Part shown: positions 28,330 through 42,311 of the stretch, piece after piece
Layout of the letters: each line of letters starts with the position of its first letter
How positions within the stretch are numbered: position 1 is the stretch's first letter
DNA from: the human T2T-CHM13v2.0 reference genome, Homo sapiens
DNA: 64,000 nucleotides
Assembly: GCF_009914755.1 (NCBI RefSeq)
Contig: NC_060928.1
Strand: one strand, 5' to 3'
Notes under the pieces: generated by a model
Told to the model about the DNA's origin: nothing
What the model saw: the letters and a program-made list of their open reading frames with translations, nothing else
Databases searched by the model: none
Made by a program: the position numbers and the translations under genes

Positions 28330-30920
28330 CTGGTCTTGTCTTGCTTTTTCATCCAGTGTGACAATCTCTGCCTTTTAATTGGTGTGTGTAAATTATTTAT
28401 GTTTAATGTGATTATTGATAGAGTTAGAATTCTCTTTTTTCATTCATTTACTTTTAACCTATTTGTGTTGTTATATTTAAGTGTGTTTCTTGGAAATAGC
28501 ATCTAATTGGATCTTTAAAAATTATCCAATCTGAAAATCTCTGCATTTTGTGGAGTTTTTAGACCATTTACATTTAATGTGATTTTTGACCTAGTTGGGT
28601 TTAAGTCTATCATCTTGCTATTTGCATTTGATCTGTACCATATTTTCCGTGTTCAACTTTCCCCTTTTACTACCTTCTTTTGATTAGTTGTATATTTTTA
28701 TGCTTCCATTTTTAAAATTTCTGTTTCCCCTTTCGTGACTGTTAGTTATAACTATTTGCTTTGCTGTTTCAGTGCCCTGTTTAGGGTTTAAACTGTATAT
28801 CTTTAATATAACACTGTCTGCCTTGACGTGATATTAGGTCACTTCACATACCTTGTAATAGTGTACTTCTGCATGTCCTCTCCCTTCCTTTATGCTATTA
28901 TTGAGATATATTTTACTTACACATGTTATAAATGCTACAGTACATGGCTACGATGATTGCTTAGTTATCTATATTTAAGGAGATTTAAATAGTAAGAACA
29001 ATATCTTATATATTTAACCACATACCATTTTCAAGTGCTGTTTATTCCTTTGTATAGGTACTTATTTCTATGTGATTTTGTTTTTATTTTGCCTGAAGGG
29101 CTTCCTTTACATTTTTTTGTAATGAGAGTCTGCTGATGATCAGCTTCTGTATGTCCAAAAAGGTATTTATTTCACCTTCATTTTTGAGAGTTATTTTCAT
29201 GGGATATAAAATTCTAGGGTTTTTTTTTTCTTTCAGTACTTTAAAGATTTTGTCATTTAGCTTACATTATTTCCTGTGAGAAGCTCTGTATGTGATGATG
29301 CCTTTTTCCTGTGTCTGCCTTTAAGATTTTCTCTTTATCACTGGTTTTGAGCAGTTAAACATAACCAAATGCCCTGGTGTAGTTTTGTTCACATTTCTTG
29401 TGTTTGGGGCTTGTTGAGCTACTGGCATCTGTAAGTTTATAATATTCATCAATTTTGAAACATCTTCAGTTATTATTTCTTCACATTTTTTTCTGTTCAC
29501 TTTTGTCTGTCTTCTTCTTCTGGAATTTTGACCACATGTATATTGGTCTCTTAAAGTAGTCCTGTGTCTCTCTGATGATTTATTTATTTATTTATCCACC
29601 CATTCTTTTTCTGTGCTTTATTTTGTGTAGTTTCTATTACCATTTTGAGTTCTCTGCTCTTTTCTTCTGCAGTGTCTAATCTGCCATTAATCCTATTCAG
29701 TATATTTTTTATCTCAGACATTGAAGTTTTTCTCTTGAAGTTTGACTTTAGCCTTCTTTTTATATATGCCATGTCTCTAATTTTTTGATTGTATGGGATG
29801 CAGTTATTATAACCATTTTCATGTCCTTCTCTATGAATTCTTACACCAATATCACTTCTGGGTAGTTTCAATTGATTGATTTTTCTCTATATTATTTTCC
29901 TTCTTCTTTGCATACCTGGTAATTTTTTATTGGATGTCAACCATGGTGGATTTTATCTTGTTGAATGATGGATATTTTTATATTTCTGTAATATTCTTAA
30001 GCTTTGCTGTTGTGCAAAAAGAAGTTAAGCGACTTGGAAACAGTTAGATCCTTCCTGGTCTTGCTTTTAAGTTTTGCTAGGTAGAACCAGAACTGTGTTT
30101 AGTTTACTGCTAATTATTCCCCGCAACTGAAGCAAGAACTTTCTGAGTACATCGCCCAGTGAAGTATGAATTTTTTTTTTTTCCCAATCTGGCTGCTGGA
30201 AACAGACACTATTCTTGGCCTTGTGTGAGCCCTGTATACTTACTTTACCTGTGATTCAGTGGTCCTTTAGAGGCAAAATTTTGCCCCAGGGACATTTGGT
30301 AATATCTAGAAATATTTTTGATTGTCATGACTGGGGCTGCTCCTGGCATCTAGTGGGTAGAGGCTAGGAATACTGCCCAACATCCTACTACAAAATGCCC
30401 CCACTCCCACAAAAAAGGAATTTTTCTTTCAAGGAGGTGAGTAGTGCTGAGGTTGAGATACCCTGATACAGTCCTTTCAGATCATTCTTTCTGTGCCCTC
30501 CAGTGGTCTCCTCACACACTTGTGTCGATCAGTACTCTGTGGAACACCCCAGAGGGACCCTTGGCAGATCCTCAGAATTCTTTCTCCAAGTGGCTCTCTT
30601 TTCTCTAGCAACTTGTCCTGCAAATTCTTACCACCTGTTCTACGGGGCTCAGCTTCACCTCTAATTGTGAGGGTCTTCTGGACTCTTCCTGGGTCCCCCT
30701 TCCTGTGCTACAGTCTGGAAATTTTCAAGGCAGTAAGCAGGTGTGATCCATGGCACAGCTTAATTGTTTCTCATCTCTCAGGATTCACTGTCCTTCACTG
30801 ACTGATGTCAATGGCTTGAAAACTGTTGTTCCAGATATTTTGTCTTTTTGTTGTTATGTTTTAGCTATCAGGGTAATCCAGTTCTTGTTACTGCAATCTT
30901 GGCTGGAAGCAAAAGGTGGC
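28330..30920 (-). mobile_element. Old L1 (L1M-type) fragment including ORF1-region remnant
   Basis: T-rich L1 antisense motifs such as 'tagaccatttacatttaatgtgatt'. Minus ORF 29584-29871 contains the ORF1p coiled-coil-like 'SEIKNILNRINGRLDTAEEKSRELK'. Confidence 0.75.
30257..30465. mobile_element. MER20 (hAT-Charlie) DNA transposon nested in L1
   Basis: 'cagtggt...ttttgccccagggacatttgg...tggcatctagtgggtagaggctagg...gtgctgaggttgagataccctg'. Confidence 0.8.
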
Positions 30921-31079
30921 TTCTTATTTATTATTGCTGTCAAAAGTTCTCTTTGTTTACTGTCATGTGTAAAGAAAACAACCTGCCCAACTTTAACCTC
31001 CTCAATCACTATTCATTATATTGATTTTTCTCTGTCTCTGAATCTTCCCAACAAGTCTCACATTTTATATTCATAGTAG

Positions 31080-31419
<340 letters not shown>

Positions 31420-32577
31420 TTGTGTTTTAACTTTTTACCGCTAACATGATAGTTAGATTCTCTTGTGTTCTACTATTTGAAACTATAAGCTCAAATTCTA
31501 GTTATGCTTGAATTTAGCACTACCAAAAATATATATATATATATGATTTTATTTTTGTACTTAATTATTTCAATTTTTGGATTTATACATTTGCCTCAGG
31601 AAACATAATTTTCTCTAAAATGAACAAAAGCAATTGATTTCCTCAATTATTTTAGCTATTCAATAAAGGAAATGCTTTGAAATTCTTATGGTATGCAAAG
31701 TTGTATTTACTGTTCAATTGATATAACTGGCAATAAATCATAAATACTAACATTAGTGAAAATACAAATTGTGAGTAACAAAAGGCAAAAATTTTTTGGT
31801 ACTCTGTACAAAGAACTTAATTTAGACCTTTAATCTAAAATGTGTTGGTGTAAATTAGTGTTGCTTTGAAGTCTGGTTATTGTGGGGGTGAGCTTTTCCA
31901 GACTATAATAAAGATAGGAGGACACTATATAGAGATATCCAAGGTAACATTCAAGGCTTTGTAATTTGTACAGAAAACAGATAAAAATGGAAGCATGAGT
32001 GAGTTTCATCTAGAGGTTATTTAATCTTTTGGGTTTGGATATTTGTTATATTTCAGTCTCTACATAGATATATATAACCTTATGGAATTTTAGAACTACA
32101 ATTGATGTTAGGGATGTTTGATAAATTGTAATCATTGGCATCAAGGGTTTTAAAGATACAAAATTTACAGTTAAAATCAAGTTACTTTCTAAAGATACAA
32201 TTAAAAGTATTTCATCAGGATTAGGAACATGTTATAAAACAATGTAATGATGTCATTACATCATTACATTACGAAACTTCTCTGGCCAAGTTTCAAAATA
32301 TATTTAAATAATACATCTGAAATAAAGGATAGGATCAACCTAAGTTTAGTGTCCATAAGGCAGGGATTGCCTGCCCATTCATTCATTCAGTCAAATACTT
32401 TGCAGAGTGTTGGGAAGAAGCAAATAACCAAGTAATCCAACTTGCTTTAAGCCCAGCTGTGGTTTCCAGAGGAGTGCTATGGTTAGTAGCTGAGTTGCGT
32501 TTCAAGGAGCTAATGAAAATTAACCAACTCAGCTTGATATTGTTGTGTGTTTGCTGTAGCCAGTTCAATCAGAAGTT

Positions 32578-32879
32578 TTTTATCTGTTTTGTTTTTTGAG
32601 ACAGAGTCGCACTCTGTTGCCTGGGCTGGAGTGCAGTGGCATGATCATGGCTCGCTCTGTCCTTGAAGTCCTGGGCTCAAGCGATCCCCCTGTCTCAGCC
32701 TCCTGAGTAGCTAGAACTACAGGCATGTGCCACCATGCCCAGCTAATTTTTGATTTTTTTATAGAAATGTGGTCTCACTGTGTTGCCCAGGCTGGTCTTG
32801 AACTCCTGGGCTCAAGCAGTCCTCTCACCTCAGCCTCCCAAAGTGCTGGGATTACAGGCATGAGCCACTGAGCCTGGCC
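32578..32879 (-). mobile_element. AluJ-type SINE
   Basis: Diverged dimer. TSD-like aatcagaagttt / aatcaaaaggttt. Confidence 0.9.
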
Positions 32880-33590
32880 AATCAAAAGGTTTCTTTTGTT
32901 TGTTTTTTTGTTTTTTGTTTTTTGTCACCTTTCTAATGGCTTTCCTTATTTTTCAAAGGCTTTGCCCACTGATGCAGCTAATGTCATATTCATTAAATGC
33001 TGTTTGCTAAATATGCACACAGTGACCCTCTTCCTTGTGTAGGACTGTGCAGTCACTATCAAAGTGCTCTAACAATTTGGCATTACTTAAGCTGCATTTC
33101 TTAACCTTCTCGTCTTCAGCCTTGAGTGGAAGAGATAACACAGAAAACTGCCTTTTGAAGTCATATTGAACTCACTGACTTCCATCAATGAAGCATATCA
33201 GTAGTTGCAAATATTGCAGTGTAGATTAAATCCTCGAAGAGTTTGAACTATGTACGAAAATGAAAAGGAGATACAGAGGACTTTTTATTGTTTACAGTCT
33301 AAGATCAAATTGCCTCGATCTTTGATGGCATAATCAAATACTACATCTTGATGTATTGTGGCACTGGAGAATTGCTTCACAAATAAAGAAAACTCAGATA
33401 TTTGATGCTAGAGATGTTTTAGAAAGCTTAAGAATACCTAAAATCATCTTTCCATTACTAGGTGTTAACATTTAGTTGGTATTGATTTATAAACTTTAGA
33501 AGTATTACCACAAAGTTGCATCTTTAATTGCTATTACTGTGTTAAAGAACGTACTGATTATCTAATTTGCAAGATTATAAAATGGTATCA

Positions 33591-33962
<372 letters not shown>

Positions 33963-33968
33963 TTAACT

Positions 33969-34676
33969 CAGAGGTTTACACACTGTTTTCTCTAAAGGAC
34001 CAGATAGCAAATAGTTTAGACTTTGCAGGCCATCAGGTCTCTGTGTTAGTTTCCTGTGGCTGCAGTGAGAAATGACCACAACCCTGGTGGCTTAGAACAA
34101 CAGGAAGTTATTCTGTCAGTTCTGGAGGTAAAAAGTGTGAGGTCAAGGGCCACACCTCTGCGGTCCAGAGAAGAATCTGCTTCGCGCCTCTCTTCTGACT
34201 TCTGTTGGTTGCTGGTGGCCATTCGTGCTCCTTGGCTTTCAGGGCCATTGCTCCAATCTCTGCCTCTGTCTTCTCCTGGCCTTCTTTCCTATGTGTCTGT
34301 GTGTGCCTGTATCCAAATTTTCCTCTCCTGTCTCTCATAAAGACACCAGTCATTGCATTTAGGGCCCTCCCTAATCCAGTATGACCTCATCATAATCTTA
34401 CTACATCTGCAGAAATAAAAGTAAAACCCCATTTTCAAATAAGATCACAGTCGCAGATACTGGGAGTTAAGATTTCAGTTAAGATTTATCTTTTGGGGAG
34501 ACACAATTCAAACCACTGCAGTTCCTATTGCAGCCACTCAGCTCTGTCTTTGTAGCATGAAAATGGCCAAGGACAATAGGTCAACAAATGCAAGGGCTGT
34601 GTTCCAGAAAAACTTTACTTACAAAAACAGGTGGTGGATCCGATTTGGCTGGCAGAGTTTGCCAGTCAATACCTGG
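33969..34676 (+). mobile_element. MER58A DNA transposon split by an MLT1 LTR
   Basis: 'taaaggaccagatagcaaatagtttagactttgcaggccat' resumes at 34521 with 'ctcagctctg...ggctgtgttccagaaaaactttacttacaaaaacaggtgg'. Confidence 0.8.
34042..34520 (-). mobile_element. MLT1 (MaLR) solo LTR, MLT1B/C-like
   Basis: TG...CA ends. Contains 'tgaccacaaccctggtggcttagaacaacag' and 'taatccagtatgacctcatc...ggggagacacaattcaaacc'. Confidence 0.85.
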
Positions 34677-35154
34677 TCCAACTAATTGAAGCAAAACAGC
34701 AGCAGAGCAGAAAACGATTTCCCCTTGCTTCAATCAGTTCAGTTTTAAAGTACCAAAATGCATACATATGTGTATATATAGCAACACTTATTTTAAAATA
34801 GATGTCAATTTAGGGCAAGAAATGAAACTTTTATAATGACTTCAAATCCCGAATCTTTATTACTAAAAATGCTCGAATTATATTTTTCTGATCAATGAAA
34901 AGCTTTTTAATGATCATTTAGTTTTCGGTCTATAGGGCCCTCCCTCCAAAAAGATCAAGATGATTTGGAAACAAAATTTCCCTGGAACTGAGACATATTT
35001 ATTCACTCTGTCAGAAAGAATGTACCTGTTTCCCTGACTAAATGTATGCCCCATAAGGACAGGAACATTTATCCACTCTTTGTCCTCAGCACCTAGAAGG
35101 CAGCCTAGCACATAGTAGTCACCCAGTAAATATTCATCTAAAATAACTTCTTGG

Positions 35155-35460
35155 GGCCGGGCGCGGTGGCTCACTCCTGTAATCCCAGCACTTTGAGAGG
35201 CCAAGGCAGGTGGATCACCTGAGGTCAGGAGTTCTAGACCAGCCTCACCAACATGGTGAAACCCCGTCTCCACTAAAAATACAAAAATTAGCTGAGCGTG
35301 GTGGTGGGTACCTGTAAGTCCAGCTACTCGGGAGGTTCAGGCAGGAGAATTGCTTGAACCTGGGAGGCAAAGGTTGCAGCAAGCCAAGATTGTGCCACTG
35401 CACTCCAGACTGGGCAACAGAGCAAGACTCTGTCTCAAAATAATAATAATAATAATAATA
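35155..35460 (+). mobile_element. AluSx-type SINE with (TAA)n tail
   Basis: Full dimer. TSD aaataacttct. Confidence 0.92.
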
Positions 35461-35474
35461 AAATAACTTCTCTT

Positions 35475-35886
<412 letters not shown>

Positions 35887-36490
35887 TCAATTTAAGTTTG
35901 AAAGGAAAGGTACAATATGAGAAATTCAGTTTCTCTTAAGAGCTATTGGAAGAATTTGTAAATGTAATAATGGAGTAATGAATCAGAGGGGTCAGTGAAA
36001 AATCGTTTTTTAAAATAAAAACCAAATTCATGGAAAAGAAGACAAAGGTAGAGAAATCAAGATATATTCCAAGACTAAACTAAAATATTAGCAACTACTT
36101 TGAACAGCTCAGTATTTGGTAGCCATATCGGTATTTGGAAGCAGAGAAATATGGAACCCCACAAGGGAACCCTTCATTGGCAACATGGAGAGAGGAGGGT
36201 ATAATTTGGTTGAAGACATAGCAGGGAGGAACACTCCAAACCTTCCCAGGTCTGGGCTGTGGAACTCTGTGATTATTCCAGCGCAGGGAGTCTTGCCACT
36301 CTTCTTGTAGCTGATGGAAGGCAAAACTTGGAAAGTGAGGGGTACATTTGTAACGTTACAACAGAAAGGATCAAGAATTCTTGACAACTCCAGGATAAGC
36401 TGAGTTGACATGGGAGAGAGTCAGCCACAAGGCTCCAAGTTGGAAGCACATTAATGAGCTGTATGATGTGTATACTGACAGTGCATGCTC

Positions 36491-36590
36491 GAGAGAGTGG
36501 GGGAGAAAGAGAGAGACAGTCAGAGACAGAGACAGACAGAGACAGAGACAGACCAAGACTGAGACCAGAGACACTGATTCTTTGAGAGAG
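36491..36590. repeat. (GA)/(GAGACA)n low-complexity repeat
   Basis: 'gagagacagtcagagacagagacagacagagacagagacagac'. Confidence 0.85.
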
Positions 36591-37756
36591 GGACTCACTT
36601 TTTTTGGAGGTGAAGAAACTACTATCTCAACAGCGGTCACGGCCAAAGGATACTACAGGAACCAAGGAGAAGGCCTGAGGCCAGTTGGGAACCATTGATT
36701 TCAAGTTGACTATGGAATCACTCAAAGAAAAAGTGAATTTACCAAAAAGTGATTTTAGTGGGGTGGGAGGAAAACACGAAGGGCTGAAGATAAAGCCTTC
36801 GGGGTCCTTCAGATTAAAAGGAGAGACAACATGAGAAGGAATAAAGATAAAGGAGAACCATTTGAAATGCGGATTAGCCCCGGGCCACTCTCCCTCTTGA
36901 AGGCCCCAGTCTTTTGCCGGCAGACCCTTTCCTCCCACCCTTTCCACTGTCAGTTCAGCAAATTCAGGAAATAGAGAGTTTTTAAGCAGAGCAACACCAT
37001 TTGCCTCGCTTATTCGTGCAGTTGCAGGAAACTCCCCCCATCAAATTAGCCCCTTGAATTACCTTAAATATCACGATTTGCGCTGATTAAATTCATTTGC
37101 TAGAGAGGAAAATCCATTTTAAGCAGAATGGTATGGGGAGGAGGACCAGCTTTTTCCACAGTTCAAGACATTTGAGTTCTTAAAACATGAAAATTGTGCC
37201 CTCTGAAGAAAGAGTCTTTGTAAGATATATTAAAAAAAAAAAAAAAAAAGTTCAATGCATTTGACAAAGTTTCAGTGGCAAGAATTTCCCAATTTGTTCC
37301 TGCTCTTTAGAATACATTGAAAAAGAAAAAAATAGTGTACGTTTATAAGAAAATGAAAGGGAATTTATTTTGAATGGAGAAATGCTATAAAGAGAAAAAG
37401 CCATTCTAACTTTTCCATTGTGGAAAATTTAACAAACTATTGAAGCCAATTTTTAGCTGGCTTCTGTAGTGAAATTTCAGCGTGAGCTTACAATTTTTTT
37501 TTTGTATTAATGGGGAAAATCAGATACAGTAGCTTCAATAAACACTCATAGCACTCACCAGCAGAAAGCGTGCTTCACCTCTTGGTGATACAATGTATTT
37601 TACACTGATTTCAGAAATACTAATTTCTTGTTGAAAGCAAGTTTCCTAGATAAGCAATACTATTGTTTCCTACCATCCCAGATTGAGAAGGGTAGAGAGT
37701 AGCCAGTTTTTAGGTGAACGTCATGCTGACCTCATGCAAACCTTGTATCTTCACAG

Positions 37757-37831
37757 AGAGGCCAATGAGACTTGAACCCTGAGCCTAAGTTGTCACCAGC
37801 AGGACTGATGTGCACACAGAAGGAATGAAGT
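37757..37831 (+). other. TENM3: 5'UTR portion (75 nt) of the ATG-containing TENM3 exon
   Basis: Acceptor ccttgtatcttcacAG ends at 37756, with a branch-point-like CTGAC at 37726-37730. This implies an upstream non-coding exon that I could not identify in the window. Confidence 0.85.
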
Positions 37832-38063
37832 ATGGATGTGAAAGAACGCAGGCCTTACTGCTCCCTGACCAAGAGCAGACGAGAGAAGGAACGGCGCTAC
37901 ACAAATTCCTCCGCAGACAATGAGGAGTGCCGGGTACCCACACAGAAGTCCTACAGTTCCAGCGAGACATTGAAAGCTTTTGATCATGATTCCTCGCGGC
38001 TGCTTTACGGCAACAGAGTGAAGGATTTGGTTCACAGAGAAGCAGACGAGTTCACTAGACAAG
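37832..38063 (+). CDS. TENM3: Teneurin-3 first coding exon (232 nt CDS, N-terminal intracellular domain)
   Basis: Translates [77 protein letters not shown], the teneurin-3 N-terminus. Strong Kozak context (agtATGg). Phase-1 donor AAG|GTGGGT at 38063/38064. Confidence 0.97.
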
Positions 38064-40344
38064 GTGGGTAACTGTCCTAGTAAAATAAGGCAATGCTCAC
38101 GTTACTAACTTGTAGGTGTCGTGATTTTCCCCTCAAGGTGACATGTCTGTTTTCTGACTTTGGCGTTCCATCTGCTGATTCTGATTTTGAGATATTAGAT
38201 CATCATGCAGTATTCCAGATGAGAGATAGAAAGCCACCGGTGGGCACATTGGTGCCCCAGGCACAGGCACTGACACGTGGAGAATTCCGAAGCCTCACCT
38301 GCTATACGTGAGGTTTATGATTCTGCACGTGGCCCAAGCGTTTGTACAAACTTGTGTAAACTTGAAACTCCAGTCTCTGGGGCTCCCTTTTAGTTGAATG
38401 AAGGTGCTCACAGACATTGTGTCTGTGGCTAGAACCGGTACAAGGAGAACAGGAGCTGTTGGTGAAGAAACCCATCTTTCCCTCACAAGAAAGTGTGGCT
38501 TATTACCCCAGATCATCTCAGGACCCAAGCAGTCCTGCTGTTTGCCTCTGTCTGATTCACACAAAAGCCTGCCACGGAAAGGTTCCATTGTCTTTCTCCC
38601 AGGCAACCTAGTAAATTAAGTTTATACCTTAACACTTCCTAGTTTCCCACAATGTAATCCACTAGGGCTTGGTCATTCGCGTCTATCTGTTGAACATTTT
38701 TACACTGTTTTTGGCCTGAGGATGCTCCCAGTGGAATCATGACTCCTGTAACTTTACTTCACTCTCCTAAACCTACCCATTTCTACTCTTAAGACAGTAG
38801 GTTATTTTTTATTAGACATACATAGTTATATTTTGTTTCTTCTAATACAGTCTTGAGATGTGGGCAAGATTACTAATAAAAATAAAATCCTCTTACATTT
38901 GTAATGTGCAGTATAATTTACATATAACTTAGCATTCTTTAGCTAATTTAATCTGGAAATGAGAAAAAATAAATTAAACTTTAATAATAAAGAATATATT
39001 CATTCTTTTCCAATCACCGTACAGACAGTGTGACTAACAGTCTGATATTGGGCAGGAACACATTTAAGAAAAAGTAATAATGCAATAAATCGTTCAAAAG
39101 TTGGAAAATTTTCCATGGTTCTTTTCTTCCCTGCATTGTGCAAAGAGCCATTGTAACTAGATTGAAATAGTGTTCACTCACCCAAGCCGGTTTACATCAA
39201 AGAAAACTCATTTGATTCGCTAAGGAGAGATTTTTATACCCTAAAGCATGCCTTACTAATTACTGGTATCAAATTTTATGAAAAGGGACAAAATAGCTTA
39301 ACATTTTTAATCCGTTTTTCAGGGGAGATACAAAACATATTTGAGGTATGTACTCTTAGTTGACTGTACAATGTATTGTAATTTTAAACCCATTTTTTTC
39401 ATATTGTCTGCACAGCTGAAATAGATTATCAGTGTACATTTTTTCAACAATTTAAAAAATAGTAAGTAGTGTAGAAATGCATGCAATCTGCACCAAATGT
39501 GAAGTCTTGCTTTTTGTATCAAAAATAACTCTTTAGTGCCCTGTTGGAAAACGAAAAAAAAATAAAAAAATTAAAAAAACCCAAACTCCACATTGTGGAA
39601 TATTATTCGAAGGAAACAGCAGCACATGTGGCGAGATGCACTGGGGGTCATCTCCACCCCGGTTATCTCCACACCAGGCAAGCATTTCTTTTTGGCAGCA
39701 CAGACGATGCCTACACAGGTTAAAAATAGCGCACTGAACTGTTCTCCTCCTAGGCAGCCTTGATCCAGTGCAGACTGTTGTTGACAACCCGGCGGTAGCA
39801 TTTGTAGAAGCCCTGAAACGGAGGTTCATAGGGGGCCAAAGAGTGTTATTCCTCACTCCTTCCAAGCCAAGGACTGCAGAATCCAAAGGGGCGGAGGAAA
39901 GAGAAAGGGCGCCAGGCGGCCAGGGAGGCCTTGTTGGAGAGCAGAAGTGAATGGAGAAGCGCACGCGCAGTGTGTGATGGTGCCGCAGGTCACTTGATGT
40001 GTATGAATCCGAACTTTGTAGAAACGTAAATGGGATGGACTGCTAGTTACAGCTAATGCTGCCACCCTACTGCGTGCTGGTCAGTGCGCTAGGCAGGTGT
40101 GTGAGGCAGCTCCCCTGGTGAGGTGGGTCCCGGTAGCGTAGTCTTTTCACAGATTGAGACGGATGAGGTTTGGAGAGGCTGGAGACCCCAAGGCTCCTGA
40201 GAACTAAGCTGGAACTTGAGCCCAGGCTTGCCTGGTTCTGGCCTGGCTTCTAATCTCTATGCAGTTGCCACAGTGGAAAACAGGCAACTCAGTAAAATAT
40301 CACCCTTTGATTTATTGCAGTCAATTTTTTAAGTCTATTATCAT

Positions 40345-40653
40345 TATTATTAATTAATTAATTTAGTGACAAGCTCGGTCTGTTGCCAAAGCCTGACTGC
40401 AGCGGGGCAGTCATAGCTCACTGCAGCCTACAGCTCCTGGGCTCAAAAAATCCTCCTGCCTCAGCCTCCTGAGTAGCTGGGATCACAAGTGCACACCACC
40501 ACCATGCCAGGGTAATTTTAAAGACATTTTTTTTAATAGAGACAGGGTCTCGCTTGTTCCTCAGACTGGTCTCAAACTCCTGGCCTCAAGCAATCCTCTT
40601 ACTTGGGCCTCCCTAAGTGCTGAAATAACAGGCCTGAGCCACCACGCCCAGCC
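40345..40653 (-). mobile_element. AluJ-type SINE (highly diverged)
   Basis: 'catagctcactgcagcc...ctcctgggctcaa' followed by the left arm ending 'ccacgcccagcc'. Confidence 0.87.
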
Positions 40654-41945
40654 CATTTTAGTCAATTTTGAATTCGAATGTTCATGGTGTGGATAGTGAG
40701 GTGTGAGCAAACTGTAGGCATATTTAGGAAATAAAATTGATATGATTCTGTAATTGGGTGAATGAGGACGAGTGTGAGGGTGGCGTTGCGGATGCTTTCT
40801 CCTTCCTGTGGTTTGATATGCGGAGTATTTGTAGCGGGAGTGGTAGGTGTAGGAGAGAAACGAGTAAGGAAAGTCTGCTATCAGATTATGTTTTTCTTGA
40901 GCAAGCATAATGAAAAATCCTTCCAGGCTTTCATTTTCTTTGAACCTGACAAATGTCAATTTTTCCTCACGGACTATTATGCTATGGGATTAATTATTTA
41001 ATTGAGAAAATGTGCTTCCTGCCACAGCTCCTGACATCATATAGGTAATAAAAATGAAAGATTAAAAATATTCTTAGTAGCCAAATAACATTGAAACAAT
41101 TCCAAAGAGTCATGCTAATTTAGCTTTGGAGTTTTAAAACAGCCGATCAGTCCTGTATCCATTTACTCCTTGAATGACACAGGGAAATGCAACTTCGGCT
41201 GGAGAAAGGGACAAGCAGGGTTTCCATTGGTGCGATTATATGGAGAATTCAAATCGAGAAATATGATGTTTTTATATTTTTAATTGACCAATTTTATGTC
41301 TAATTATCAAACTTTAATGGTTTTGTATGGCTTTACTGACTGGCAGGTGACTACTGTTAATTACATGTTATATTTAGGTAGCATAATGCTGGGGATCATT
41401 TCATCTTCACAGTCATTGTGTAATTTGACGGGATCTCACATTGATCTCTTTCTCTTTTTAAATCTCTTCATGTAGTTTGTTGGTGATGGAAATGCTGCTC
41501 TTTGAACAGCTGTGGAGCTTTTGCTGTAGGTGAGGGTGAGGTTAGGGTAACAATGGCTTGTTTTGCATTCTTAGATGCTATTTTCTTTTATTAATCTTTG
41601 AAGAAAATTTATCCCATCAGGTCTCAGACAAATTTCTTATGAAACAGCTGCATAGGATCATCCCACAGCTTTTGGAGAAGTGGTAAAATAAAAGAACATT
41701 TTTCCTCTGCTGCAGCTCTGTGGGCTATGCACATGTTCTGTAGTATTCTTGACCAAACACTTATCAATTCCAACAAGGAACGCTGCCCGTGAGGGTGAAC
41801 CTTGAAAAGAGACGATGTCTGGAAGTAAGAATACATTTGTTCCACTGAATCATAAGCCTGAAAAGAACCACTTTGGGGCCCTAACCCAAAGTATATAAGA
41901 GTTAGTCAATAATCAGTGTTGGGGTTGTGAATTTCAGAATTTTAA

Positions 41946-42311
<366 letters not shown>

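Noticed and set aside
39533-40065. 143-aa antisense ORF over the GC-rich patch
   Set aside because: No similarity to any protein I recognise. Locally higher GC lowers stop frequency.
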